Shown piece by piece: positions 35,775-46,501 of a DNA stretch of 64,000 nt (its first letter is position 1; the number at the start of each line of letters is the position of its first letter). Below the pieces are notes generated by a model. That model was not told where the DNA came from. It worked only from the letters and a program-made list of their open reading frames with translations, and did not search any database. The translations under genes were made by a program, and so were the position numbers. The stretch comes from Octopus sinensis (lineage: Eukaryota), in assembly GCF_006345805.1 (NCBI RefSeq), contig NC_042998.1, positions 29,946,001-30,010,000 of the forward strand. The letters run 5' to 3'.

Positions 35775-37644
35775 AGATGCTTAAATCATACCATTTTGCT
35801 TATGTATCGCTTTGGTTCGTTGAATAAATGACTAAACTTAAAATAGTAAATGGTAGGTTAAATGTTTGTATGGGGATAATAGGGTGGATAAGTAATTAAA
35901 AAAGTAAAAATTAAAAAAAATTAACAATAACAGGATATGCTAATAGGTTTAATCAAAGAGGGAGTGAAATTACCATAACGTTTTGAAGTAATCATAATAG
36001 TTCTTAATTACGATTATCGCACTAATTAATAGTTTCTATCATAATAAAGTGACCGAGAATTAATTTTAATTATTTACTTATTGATATGTGGTAAAGTTCA
36101 ATCATATTAATTGCAATGGGATTGACCCAGGTCCAGTGTTCGATATAATTGATCAGTTAAATTTAAAAATAAAAGACAAGCCATTAAGACCGTTATACGG
36201 ATTGATATAAATATATAGATAAAGTATGGAAAAGTGGTATATGTTGTAAGGGGCCCCAAAACGCTTAGGACATTGTAAATAAAAAACAAACAAACATGTA
36301 AACAAGTACAATGCGAAGGAATGAGCAACGCCAGAGGCATCATTAAAACATAGAGAGCAATCTGTCTGGACAATTAATAATTAAGGCGGTTGGGTGGGGA
36401 AACGGTCCCAAAACTTTATAAAATAGGAGTGGGAATTTAGTAAACAATAATGGGAATTAATTCCGTAGGAAAAGAAATAGGAGGGGGTTGATAAAGATTA
36501 TAATTACGGTTAAGGGTTGGTAATGACTAGGAAAGTGACCTAAACGGGGAGATTATAATACAAAGTCTGTCTTCTCAACTAACAACCGCAGTACCTAAGT
36601 AGTGAGCTAATTAGACAAGCAGTTAATTGGCTAGACATTCCTTAATTCATTCAGGCTTGTGGTCAAATCCCTAACTTAATTAAATGATTACAATTTAATT
36701 ACTTGCTAATTATTTTTATTGTTACAGACGCAGCCAAATTTGGTCCAATAAAGGAAAAACCTCTAACGACCATCGCAAGATTTATCCTTTATTGGAGCAA
36801 ATTTGGCTTACAGGTGTTTCCAGTAATCATTATAGGTTCAATACTGATATGTTTGCTCAAATGATCTATTGAACAATTGAGAAAAATTGAACGCCCTACG
36901 AAAATTAATGTTACTGCAGAGACATTTCTGGTTATAACAAGCAGATCACTGAAGGAATGGCTATTGCATGGGGGACGGAAGAGGAAAAGATGGAAGATGC
37001 AAGTAGAATAAAGAACAGAGGAAGACAGATTACAAAGGGGAGGAGAAGAGTCATTTAACAGAAGCAGCGGCATTGGTTTGCCAATATTTGAAAGAGGGAC
37101 AATCATAAAACATAAGTGTTTGTACTCAGCTCAAAACACATTACCATATTCTAACATAATTGCTTGATAGCAACAATCACCAAATATTACAGTCTTCTAT
37201 TGAACATCTGTACAAAAGCCCATATCAAATTTCAATACAAGGGTTGGAGAAGATCTAACTTATACACAACGCTAATATGGTAATAGGATAGCATTGTATA
37301 ACACACTACCACAGTAGCGGTAGAAAAAGAAGAAAGTGTGTGTGTGTGTAGTGTATCTTTCAGTGTGGTAGTATGTGTAAGTATTAACGTGGAAGACGTG
37401 GTTAGTACACCGGACAAATACCTCCGGGTTTTGACTTTGTTTCTTTCTTTCTGAAGTGGGCGTAATTGACTAACCCATTTTCTAACATTGCTGGCCTTGT
37501 GTCAAAAATTTAAAATCAATATCTCATTATAAGAAAACCCATCAATTACGACAGGAACTCAATCTTGCGTAATTGATGTCTGAAATTTAACTAGCACTAC
37601 AGGAAGATATGGTTAGTACATATATATATATATATATATATACA

Positions 37645-38150
37645 TGTATAGTTGAAATTTATAGAAAAAGAAAAGACGAAGACAGGTGTATGAACAACAA
37701 GCAGGTGTATTAGTTTTAGTTTGACGCTCGCGAAAAATGAAAAAGTCGTATATATATATATATACACACTCACACAGGCATATATAGATAAGTGTGAATG
37801 GGGCGGTAAGCAGATATGTAGGTAGGTATAGGTAGGTAGGTATGTGTGTGGATGGATGTGTAATTATGTATATATGTATATATATATATATATATGTATA
37901 GTTGAAATTTATAGAAAAAGAAAAGACGAAGACAGGTGTATGAACAACAAGCAGGTGTATTAGTTTTAGTTTGACGCTCGCGAAAAATGAAAAAGTCGTA
38001 TATATATATATATATACACACTCACACAGGCATATATAGATAAGTGTGAATGGGGCGGTAAGCAGATATGTAGGTAGGTATAGGTAGGTAGGTATGTGTG
38101 TGGATGGATGTGTAATTATGTATATATGTATATATATATATATATATATA
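37645..38150 (+). repeat. Tandem duplication, 2 x 250 bp, (AT)n-bounded
   Basis: gttgaaatttatagaaaaag at 37651 and 37901; units essentially identical. Confidence 0.9.
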
Positions 38151-38582
38151 TACGTGTGTGTATTTGTGCGTGTGTTTCTGTTGTTTAGGCTGGTATGTGA
38201 AGCAAGACTAAAATGTAACTAAATTATTCGAAGAAGCTGACAAAGCAACACTTTCAACACGAAATACCCGTTTGAAGAATAGAGTGACAGAAAGATTTTC
38301 ACCTAATCAGCCAAAAAAGGTATTGATTCGCAAAATAAATTGTTTTGACGCCATGACCATCACCGCTTCTAGAATGCAGTCGAGTGCCTACGCTTTATAC
38401 ATTCAAGTGATCAAGCTCACTGCAGCGTATCTTGGTGGTTATGAATCAGAGTGTACAGGTAAAATACAAGTAAAAGGCAGTGGATTTGGTTGTGGAGAAG
38501 GACGTATTGAAAGAACTGACAGATCGATCCCTATCAGTCCCTCTCCTAGGACGTAAAAACACGCAGAGCATACGTTTATCTA

Positions 38583-39092
38583 TTGGGTTGTCCGGAAAGT
38601 GCGTGCCGATGTTTAAATGAAAGAAAAAGGTCAACGCGTCTCCATCGTTCCTTTAACTTGAAAATACCCTCTTCCCAGAATCGAGGGGGTTTCATGGCAA
38701 AGAATTCATCAAGGTATCTTTTTACGTCATCCAAGGAATTGAAATTTTTACCATTAAGACTATTCTGCAGAGACCTGAACAAGTGGAAATCTGAAGGAGC
38801 AATATCTGGTGAATATGGAATGTGAGGTAACACATCCCAGCCGAGCTGCAGGAATTTTTTTCTGGAACCCAAAGCATCAAATACCGAAAATGAACTTTCT
38901 TATCTTCCATATTAAAGGGTTACAAAATTAACATGGGTTATAGGAACATAAACCTTCTTCCACGAAAAGATAGTTTGAACTGCGCAATAAATGGAGGTGT
39001 GGTAAAACCCTATTTCATGGACTCAACCATGTCATAAAATAAGGCGAAAGTTAAGATACTATATATCGGCACGAACTTTCCGGACAGCCCAA
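38583..39092 (-). mobile_element. Internally deleted mariner element (510 bp)
   Basis: TIRs ttgggttgtccggaaagtgcgtgccgat / atcggcacgaactttccggacagcccaa, TA TSDs; transposase C-terminus LGWDVLPHIPYSPDIAPSDFHLFRSLQNSL...FWEEGIFKLKERWRRV. Confidence 0.92.
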
Positions 39093-39370
39093 TACATTCA
39101 AGTGATCATGCGCACTGCAGCGTATTTTGGTTCTCTTGGCGCTTATGAATCAGAGTGTACAGGTAAAATACAAGTACAAGGCGGTGGATTAGTGGCAACG
39201 CATTAGTTGTGGAGAAGGACATATTGAAAGAACTGACAGATCGATCTCTAGTAATCCCTCTCCTCTAAGAACATAAAGTCACGTAAAAACACGCAGATCA
39301 TAAGTTTGTCTATGTAACAACATACATAATGTAGTAGTGTTTATGTATGTATGTATGTACGTATGTATGT

Positions 39371-39665
39371 AGGCGCGGAAGTGGTTCTGTGGTAAGAAGT
39401 TTGCTTCCCAGCCACATGGTTCCGGGTTTAGTCCCAGTGCGTGACACCTTTACTCTTTTTCACTTGTTTCAGTCATTTGACTGCGGTCATGCTGGAGCAC
39501 CACTTTTAATCGAGCAACTCGACCCCGGCACTTATTCTTTGTAAGCCCAGTACTTATTCTATCGGATCTCTTTTGCCGAACCGCTAAGTGACGGGGACAT
39601 AAACACACCAGCATCGGTTGTCAAGCAATGCTAGGGGGACAAACACGGACACAGAAGCAACCACG

Positions 39666-39713
<48 letters not shown>

Positions 39714-39965
39714 TATATACGACGGGCTTCTTTCAGTTTCCGTCTACCAAATCCACTCACAAGGCTTTGGTCGGCCCGAGGCTATAGTAGAAGACACTTG
39801 CCCAAGGTGCCACGCAGTGGGACTGAACCCGGAACCATGTGGTTGGTAAGCAAGCTATTTACCACATAGCCACCCCTGGGCAAGTGTCTTATACTACAGC
39901 TTCTGGCCGACCAAAGCCTTGAGTGTGGATTTGTTAGACGGAAACTAAAAGAAGGCCGTCGTGTA
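39371..39965. mobile_element. SINE A (+) interrupted by an antisense SINE A (39451-39874)
   Basis: Host splits at gacacct|tgggcaag around a full reverse copy. Confidence 0.9.
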
Positions 39966-40024
39966 TATACATATATATATATATATATGTGCATATGTAT
40001 GTACATATGTATGTATATATGTTG

Positions 40025-40326
40025 TAAAGGTGCGTTGTTTAGTGGTCAGGGTATTCGGCCCATGATCCTAAAGTCATGAGTTTGATTCCTGTCGGTGCGT
40101 TGTGACTGAGCACGATACTTTATTTACTGTCGCTCCAGTTCACTCAGCTGGCAAAAATTAGTTGTACCTGTAATACAATAGGGGCCAGCCTTGTCACATT
40201 CTGCATCATCCTGAATCTCCTTGATAACTACATGAAAAGTGCAGGTGCCAGTGGGTTACTCAGCCACTTTGACGTTAATTTCACAAGTAAACTGTTCCGT
40301 CGATCGAATTAAATCGAACACTCACC
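40025..40326 (+). mobile_element. SINE D + tail X, degenerate
   Basis: Aligns to 26628-26948. Confidence 0.75.
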
Positions 40327-41015
40327 AACGGTGACACAGGCCATGAATGTATCATAGTAATTATGTGTCATATTATGTGTCTTATGTTATGTCTTATTAT
40401 GTGTCTAAATACGGAGGCCATTATTACTTTGAAGGAATTAAATAACTCTTTTGAAGAAAACTGGCTTTTACGAGCTTCAAAAGGAATATGAAAGACAAAT
40501 ATGGGGCATCCAATGGCGACAGAATTTTAAGGAATATCAAATATGTATCGAAGCTTGGGACCGACTTACGATTAACTATGACTGGAACAACCACTGAAAA
40601 TAGGAGACAATAATTTCTTTCTTGTTGACATCCAGCATATCATAAAATACAGGAAGGGACATTTCAGTACAACCGTAATAGGGGTTCCCCCAGCATCTGT
40701 CGTAACATTAATTGTCAAACGGACTTATAATTATTCTGTCAGCTGAATTATATCATGTCTCAAAACCAAAATAGAAAATCAATGGATTTTCCACTATCGA
40801 TGATTTGGAGAGACAGGGAAATTATCACAACGATTGCAGCATCTCTTGCGAAAAAAAAAGACAACAAACAAACACAAATTGCTGAACCAAACGAGTATTT
40901 ATTATGTAAGGAATTTCCACATAATGCACCAACACTCAGTCTCTTTCTCTAAAGTTATGAACCTGGATGTTGCGAAGGATACAACGGTGAAGGTACAGTT
41001 GGTGAAGGTGATATA

Positions 41016-41234
41016 CGAGGGGGTACTGAAAAGTTACTGATTATAGGGGTGTCGCAAAAGACCCGGTTGGAGGCTTAACCATCCGAGTTCTTTTACAAGA
41101 CTTAGAAAAGCTGAAGGATCACTGCAATAAGTGTGTGAATCTGAGGGGTATGTGTTGTCTAATATAATTAACTGATCCTCCAGTATCTTCGTTTACCAAA
41201 AGCCAGGAACTTTTCACACACACACACACACCCG
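41016..41234 (+). mobile_element. Mariner-derived MITE
   Basis: TA + cgagggggtactgaaaagtt TIR; right TIR aagccaggaacttttca broken by (CA)n; homologous to 51209-51425. Confidence 0.75.
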
Positions 41235-41531
41235 AAGAAAATTAAATGATCTTCTTTGAGAGGGATGTATTTCTCTCTAAATTCACATGGCCTATCACAT
41301 CAAGACTGCGTGAGCGCAATTTATTTTCCAAGAATATACAAGTGTGTTTGAATACAGTGCACGAAAAAACTAACTGATTACCTATTAGCAACACAATATT
41401 CTATAGAAGTTCACAAAAGGTGCATAGAATAATTAGACATTGTTAACAACAAAATAAAATCCACTAATGAACACACTTATTGCATACGTAAAACAAATCA
41501 AGAAAATTACCAGAATTCAGAGTTGTATATA

Positions 41532-41730
41532 CACTGGCCAAAGTAAGTTTAAGGCCGATGATGACAGGTCTATTGCTTCTTAAATTTATTTTTAACGCTT
41601 TTATTATTCGAAAGAGAAAAAATTCTACATAAACTGTAAAAAGTAAAATGATGTTATACAGTTTTATTAAAAATATATTAATGAAAGATAAGAACTGTCA
41701 TCATCGGTCTTAAACTTATTTTGGCCACTG
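41532..41730. mobile_element. Tc1/mariner-type MITE
   Basis: About 37-bp TIRs cactggccaaagtaagtttaaggccgatgatgacag / ctgtcatcatcggtcttaaacttattttggccactg with TA TSDs. Confidence 0.85.
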
Positions 41731-42389
41731 TAATTGGTAAATATAATTTTGGAAGACTTTTATTAATTGAAAATTTCTTGTGATTCTTGATTATAATAAT
41801 AGCAGTTGTTTCATTAAAATAACAAGTTTGAAAAAATACTCTATACGATCTTTCCAAATTTATGGACAACTTTTAAACTATGAAACCATGACTCCCTATA
41901 TACACACACACACACACACACATACACATATGTATAGATATATTATAAACCTATAAAAGGTGGAGTTTTTTTCTAATTTGTGTGTGTGTGTGTGTGTGTG
42001 TGTGTCAATTTGGAATTAACGAATTATGGATTAGAAAGTAGGCGTCAAATGCTGTATCCAAACCTTGTTTCGGGGTAAATCGCAGGTAGTGTGCCAGAAG
42101 AGCACATTCACCAATTATGGCTGCTATGTGCCATCAGCGACACTGTGCATTCCTCATTGAAACTACGTTTGGAATTCGAGGTGCACGTAAAGTATCCGTA
42201 GAAGCATTTATTAGCGCAACACTCGTTTTGGCTTCATTCTGCATTGCTGCCTAGTGGGTGTGAAATGATGTAATAACACCAGATGCAACACACAGTGTAA
42301 AAGGGCGTCGTTAGGTGACGTAAGATACTTCATAATCTCCCAGATTTACATTTCATTTTTGCTTCAAATTATACGCTGACATTCTAACA

Positions 42390-42617
42390 GTTCGGACACG
42401 TTGTTGTTGTTAAGCAACAAGATGGGTAAGGGTGATTAAATGATGGTCTAGGGCTTAGGAGCGGGAGACCCCAGGCCTTGGAAAAAAAAACTTTGGTCGT
42501 TTTGTTGTAGTCAAGGGCTCTTCGTTGACGCCAGACACCACTGGGAGGTGGCCCTCGAAGTCGCTGGAAATGGAGATCTCCAGGTCCAAATTCTTGAACG
42601 GCGTTCGGACACATTGT
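42390..42617 (-). mobile_element. Short retroposed 3' fragment with (AAC)n tail and ~15-bp TSD-like repeat
   Basis: gttcggacacgttgt (42390) / gttcggacacattgt (42603) flank GC-richer sequence. Confidence 0.55.
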
Positions 42618-42714
42618 ATGTATGTATGTATACATAAACATAAGTACGGACACATATTTTGTGTTCCCCACAAATATTAAGATTATTTAAGTTAGCACAC
42701 CTAGACCTTGAGCA

Positions 42715-43640
42715 GAGGCGAGATGCTCACGCTGGGAGTACAGCAGATGCCTAGCAGGGGTCCAATGTGAAACCAAGTCGGTCGTTTATGAAGCTGAAGT
42801 GATACCAGACCCTAATGGCAGCAGCAGCTTTCCAACTGATTCTCCAGTAGCAGGAGTAGCAATATTACCGGAAACGGCAGCAATTATAGCAAAAATAGCA
42901 CAACATCACCGCTAATGATAATCGCTAATCATGATAACAGCGGCAACACAGCAGCCACCACCAATATAACGCCGATAACAGTTCTAACAGCAACGACGAC
43001 AGCTATAGCAGCATCAAAACCGCCACCGATGATGTCCCCTACGTCAGCACCACCAACAGCGGAAGTACTAGCAACATCAACAGAAACAGCAATCGCCAAC
43101 AGCAATATACGAAGATATATTAGATATTCCGGAACCACCTTCAAGCAGCGCCTCTCCAGCCACAGGTCCTCATTCAGGATCCCAGACAGACGATACACCT
43201 CGTTTTTAGCCAGTCACGTGTGGCGTCTGAAGGACGAAGGAACTCCACAAGTATTCCCATGAAGGCTGCAGAAGAACTGGGACCTTACATCAACGGGATA
43301 AAGCGTAGCAAGCTGAATGGGCAAGTATATTAAAGAATTCCCTCGATCCGGGGAACATTTTCAATTCCAAGACGGAAGCCTTCGGACCCTGCTTACAGTT
43401 CAAGAGATTCCTACTGAAGTCCTGGAGCCCACAAGCCGACGACGTGGACTGAGGATAGCGGTTTAAGGGAGACAATACCTTGCATTTAACAGTCTGAGCG
43501 GTCAGCAAGTAGCAACGAGGACTTTTTTCCCTCCACTTTGAAGAGAAATTATAGGCCATCGGGCATTAGGGTCTGAAGAAACGCCCTAAAGCTAAGCGCT
43601 TTATGGACGTGAAACCCAGGGTAACCCTGTAGACCGGCCA
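42715..43640 (+). mobile_element. PLE 3' fragment: frameshifted GIY-YIG domain plus 3' pseudo-LTR (different PLE lineage from 2636-3770)
   Basis: RCLAGVQCETKSVVYEAEV...YIRYSGTTFKQRLSSHRSSF...LASHVWRLKDEG...GPYINGIKR...FNSKTEAFGPCLQFKRFLLK. Confidence 0.8.
43568..43628 (+). ncRNA. Type I hammerhead ribozyme
   Basis: agggt-CTGAAGA-stem II (taaagc/gcttta)-GAAA-ccc a ggg-TA-accct; perfect 5-bp stem I, GUA cleavage triplet (cut after 43623). Confidence 0.8.
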
Positions 43641-43731
43641 TAGCTATTTTTATCTAATTACTCGTATACTTTATACCTTAGAGTGTGCTCTTTCGGATTT
43701 ATGATTTACTGACGATATCATTGTCTCTCGT

Positions 43732-43768
<37 letters not shown>

Positions 43769-44249
43769 CATACATACACACACACACACATACATATTTT
43801 TTCTTTCTTTTCCACATTCTCTTGTATTTTTTATGTTTGTGCGTAGGAGTCTTTCGGAGTGTGTCTGATTTCATTTTTAACACTGAAAATCTGTACGTTA
43901 TTTAAATAGCGTACGTATGTACCGCTTTACACTTCGATCAATATATATATATAGAACTATATCATAGAATGCAAGTAACATGACAAAAATAAAACGGTTT
44001 TCATACAAAGTTCTTTCTTCTGCCATATTTATTTTACTCAGATGAGTTATAGGATTGCAGCCTGTGGCCATGCTCCTGCAGAGTCTCTTAGAATTTCAGG
44101 TGTTTACATCGCCTACTATAATTGTGTCTACTATCTCTTGATTGGCATCGGTAGAATAAATATCCGGTTATTTTAGCCAATGCTTCCAGCATATCAGCAA
44201 TCATCACGGAAGACAGTGTACACATATACTCACACACTTACGTGTATGC

Positions 44250-44295
<46 letters not shown>

Positions 44296-44342
44296 CATAC
44301 ATATATATATATATACACATTTATTAATGTATATGTATATTT

Positions 44343-44504
44343 ATGCGTAGGAGTGGCTTTGTGGTAAGTAGGTAGCTTATAAGCCACATGGTTCTAGGTT
44401 CAGTCCCACTACATAGCACTTGGGTAAGTGTCTTCTACTATAGCCTCGGGCCGGCCAAAGTCTTCTGTGTAAATTTGGTAGACGGAAACTGAAAGAAGCT
44501 TGTC

Positions 44505-44549
<45 letters not shown>

Positions 44550-44705
44550 ATATGCGTTTCTGTGTCTGTATTTGTCACCCCAAAATCGCTTGACAACCGA
44601 TGCTCGTGTGCAAAAGAACCGAGGGAATATGTACTAGACTCACAAAGAATAAGTCCTGGCATCGGTGCTCCAGTATGGCCGCAGTCATATGACAAACATA
44701 AAAGA
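44343..44705 (+). mobile_element. SINE A with internal deletions
   Basis: Family A sequence. Confidence 0.8.
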
Positions 44706-44710
44706 ATGTA

Positions 44711-44779
<69 letters not shown>

Positions 44780-45055
44780 GTGTGTGCTTATATATAAAAT
44801 TTACTCTCAAAATATACTCTAGAGTATCAGGAGGGATCACTATATATATATATATATTCACGATAAAATCGCTTTTAAAACTAGCATCTGAAACCTCGTC
44901 TCACTTGCCAATCATTTTCTTTCAATCTCCCTATGTAATGATTGCATGAAAAACTTGCAAAATTTTAACTCATCAACTCTTTATGTTAAGCTCCGATACA
45001 GAGGTTTTCCTCCTCCTTTTACTGTTTATTTCATCATAACACCTACTGATAAACT

Positions 45056-45365
45056 TCGTTCAGTGTCGCCCTCTCTCGGGATTCTGAGACATCGAGGTTT
45101 CGAGTTTGTTGACTCTTATCAATCAGATGTACCTAAGAGGGGCAACCCTTAACGAACTGACAAAGATTATAGCTTTATATACAAATTCAGTGATCGGGCG
45201 ATCTACTAGCGCAAACCAGTCAATGTGTTGGCTAAATTATATATAAAGCTATGTGCATTGTTAGTTCGTTCAGGGTTACCCTTCTCGGGTACATCTGTTT
45301 GACAAGAGTCAACAAACACGAAACATCGATGTCTCAGATTCCCGACAGAGGGCGACACTGAACGA
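45056..45365. mobile_element. MITE/foldback, ~125-bp arms
   Basis: tcgttcagtgtcgccctctctcgggattctgagacatcg... vs ...cgatgtctcagattcccgacagagggcgacactgaacga. Confidence 0.85.
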
Positions 45366-45651
45366 GCTTGGTCTTTTCACACCTTTTTAACATAAGAGAG
45401 ATATTTTCTCCATTGTAACTGCAGTGTATTTGCACTTAGCAGTTGAAATATGTGGCAAACAGATTTCAACTAAGCTAAATTGTGAATATATACATAGAGA
45501 TGGTGGTATTTATTGAGTTAGTCATGGCCTGGGCCGATAATGGCCGAAACCAATCTACGTTATCTGTGTGTACATGTATATATGCATGCATATATATGCA
45601 CACATATATATAAATATATACATCTGTATATACACATGTTCATATGCACGC

Positions 45652-45684
<33 letters not shown>

Positions 45685-45689
45685 ATATA

Positions 45690-45860
45690 TATATAAGTTA
45701 ATCCAAACAAGAAAACACAAAAAAAACACAACAACGCGAGGACGTGGAACAAATATAGTATTATTCGACGCTCAGGAAAGAATGAGGGTTTAACGTTTCG
45801 AGCGGAGCTCTTCATCGGAAACATAGAAGGAAAGATCCAGAGAAAGGAAGACAGAGGAAA
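45690..45860 (-). mobile_element. PLE pseudo-LTR-like repeat with HHR-like motif at 45788-45822
   Basis: Minus strand gttt-CCGATGA-a-gagc tcc gctc-GAAA-cg-TT-aaac; related copies at ~12735-12870 and ~14025-14160 lack the motif. Confidence 0.55.
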
Positions 45861-46501
45861 ATATATATATATACACGCACACACACGCATGCATAAGTAT
45901 ATATACGCATACACACGCAGATGCAGCCACAGACACACACGCGCACGCACACACATATTATATATATATACGCTAAGAATCATATCTCCCTTTTCATATG
46001 TTTCGCGTCTATAGACTATGGTCAGACAGAAATAATCTCTGAAACAGTTAATTATAGCGTTCGTGATCTTAAACTATAGGTTGTGATGAATTCAAATTGA
46101 ATTCCAATAAAGATAACAACGGCATAGAGTTACAATTGCTTTAAAAAAAAAAGAAAAGAAAAATGTAGTTCGTGTGCATTCTTACATCACTGCAGCTAGA
46201 GATATATTTAAATGTTAATTTGTATATGTTCAGCTAATTGAAGCACACCGATTATATTTAATATTATGCAACTGGGCATAGCCGAAGTGATTACCATATT
46301 TAATTTATGCAACTGTGAGCAGTGAGTGTACAATGGAAGAATATTGAGTTATATGCCGTCCTCCTTGCTGCATCCCCTTAATAGTTTATGTTTTTGTAGC
46401 TACAAAGATTTTCATTTCCGTCTCGTTTTCTTTTCGTTAAACTGTAAGTTATTACACATATACCAGTGAAGCGTTCCGAAGTTAATATTAGAACATAATT
46501 G

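Noticed and set aside
40440-40600. 48-codon Trp-rich open frame (LLKKTGFYELQKEYERQIWG...)
   Set aside because: Short, no start or splice support, no recognisable family.
44080-44150. Minus-strand TIIVGDVNT resembling a LINE APE GDFN motif
   Set aside because: Isolated motif followed by a stop; no other APE motifs nearby.
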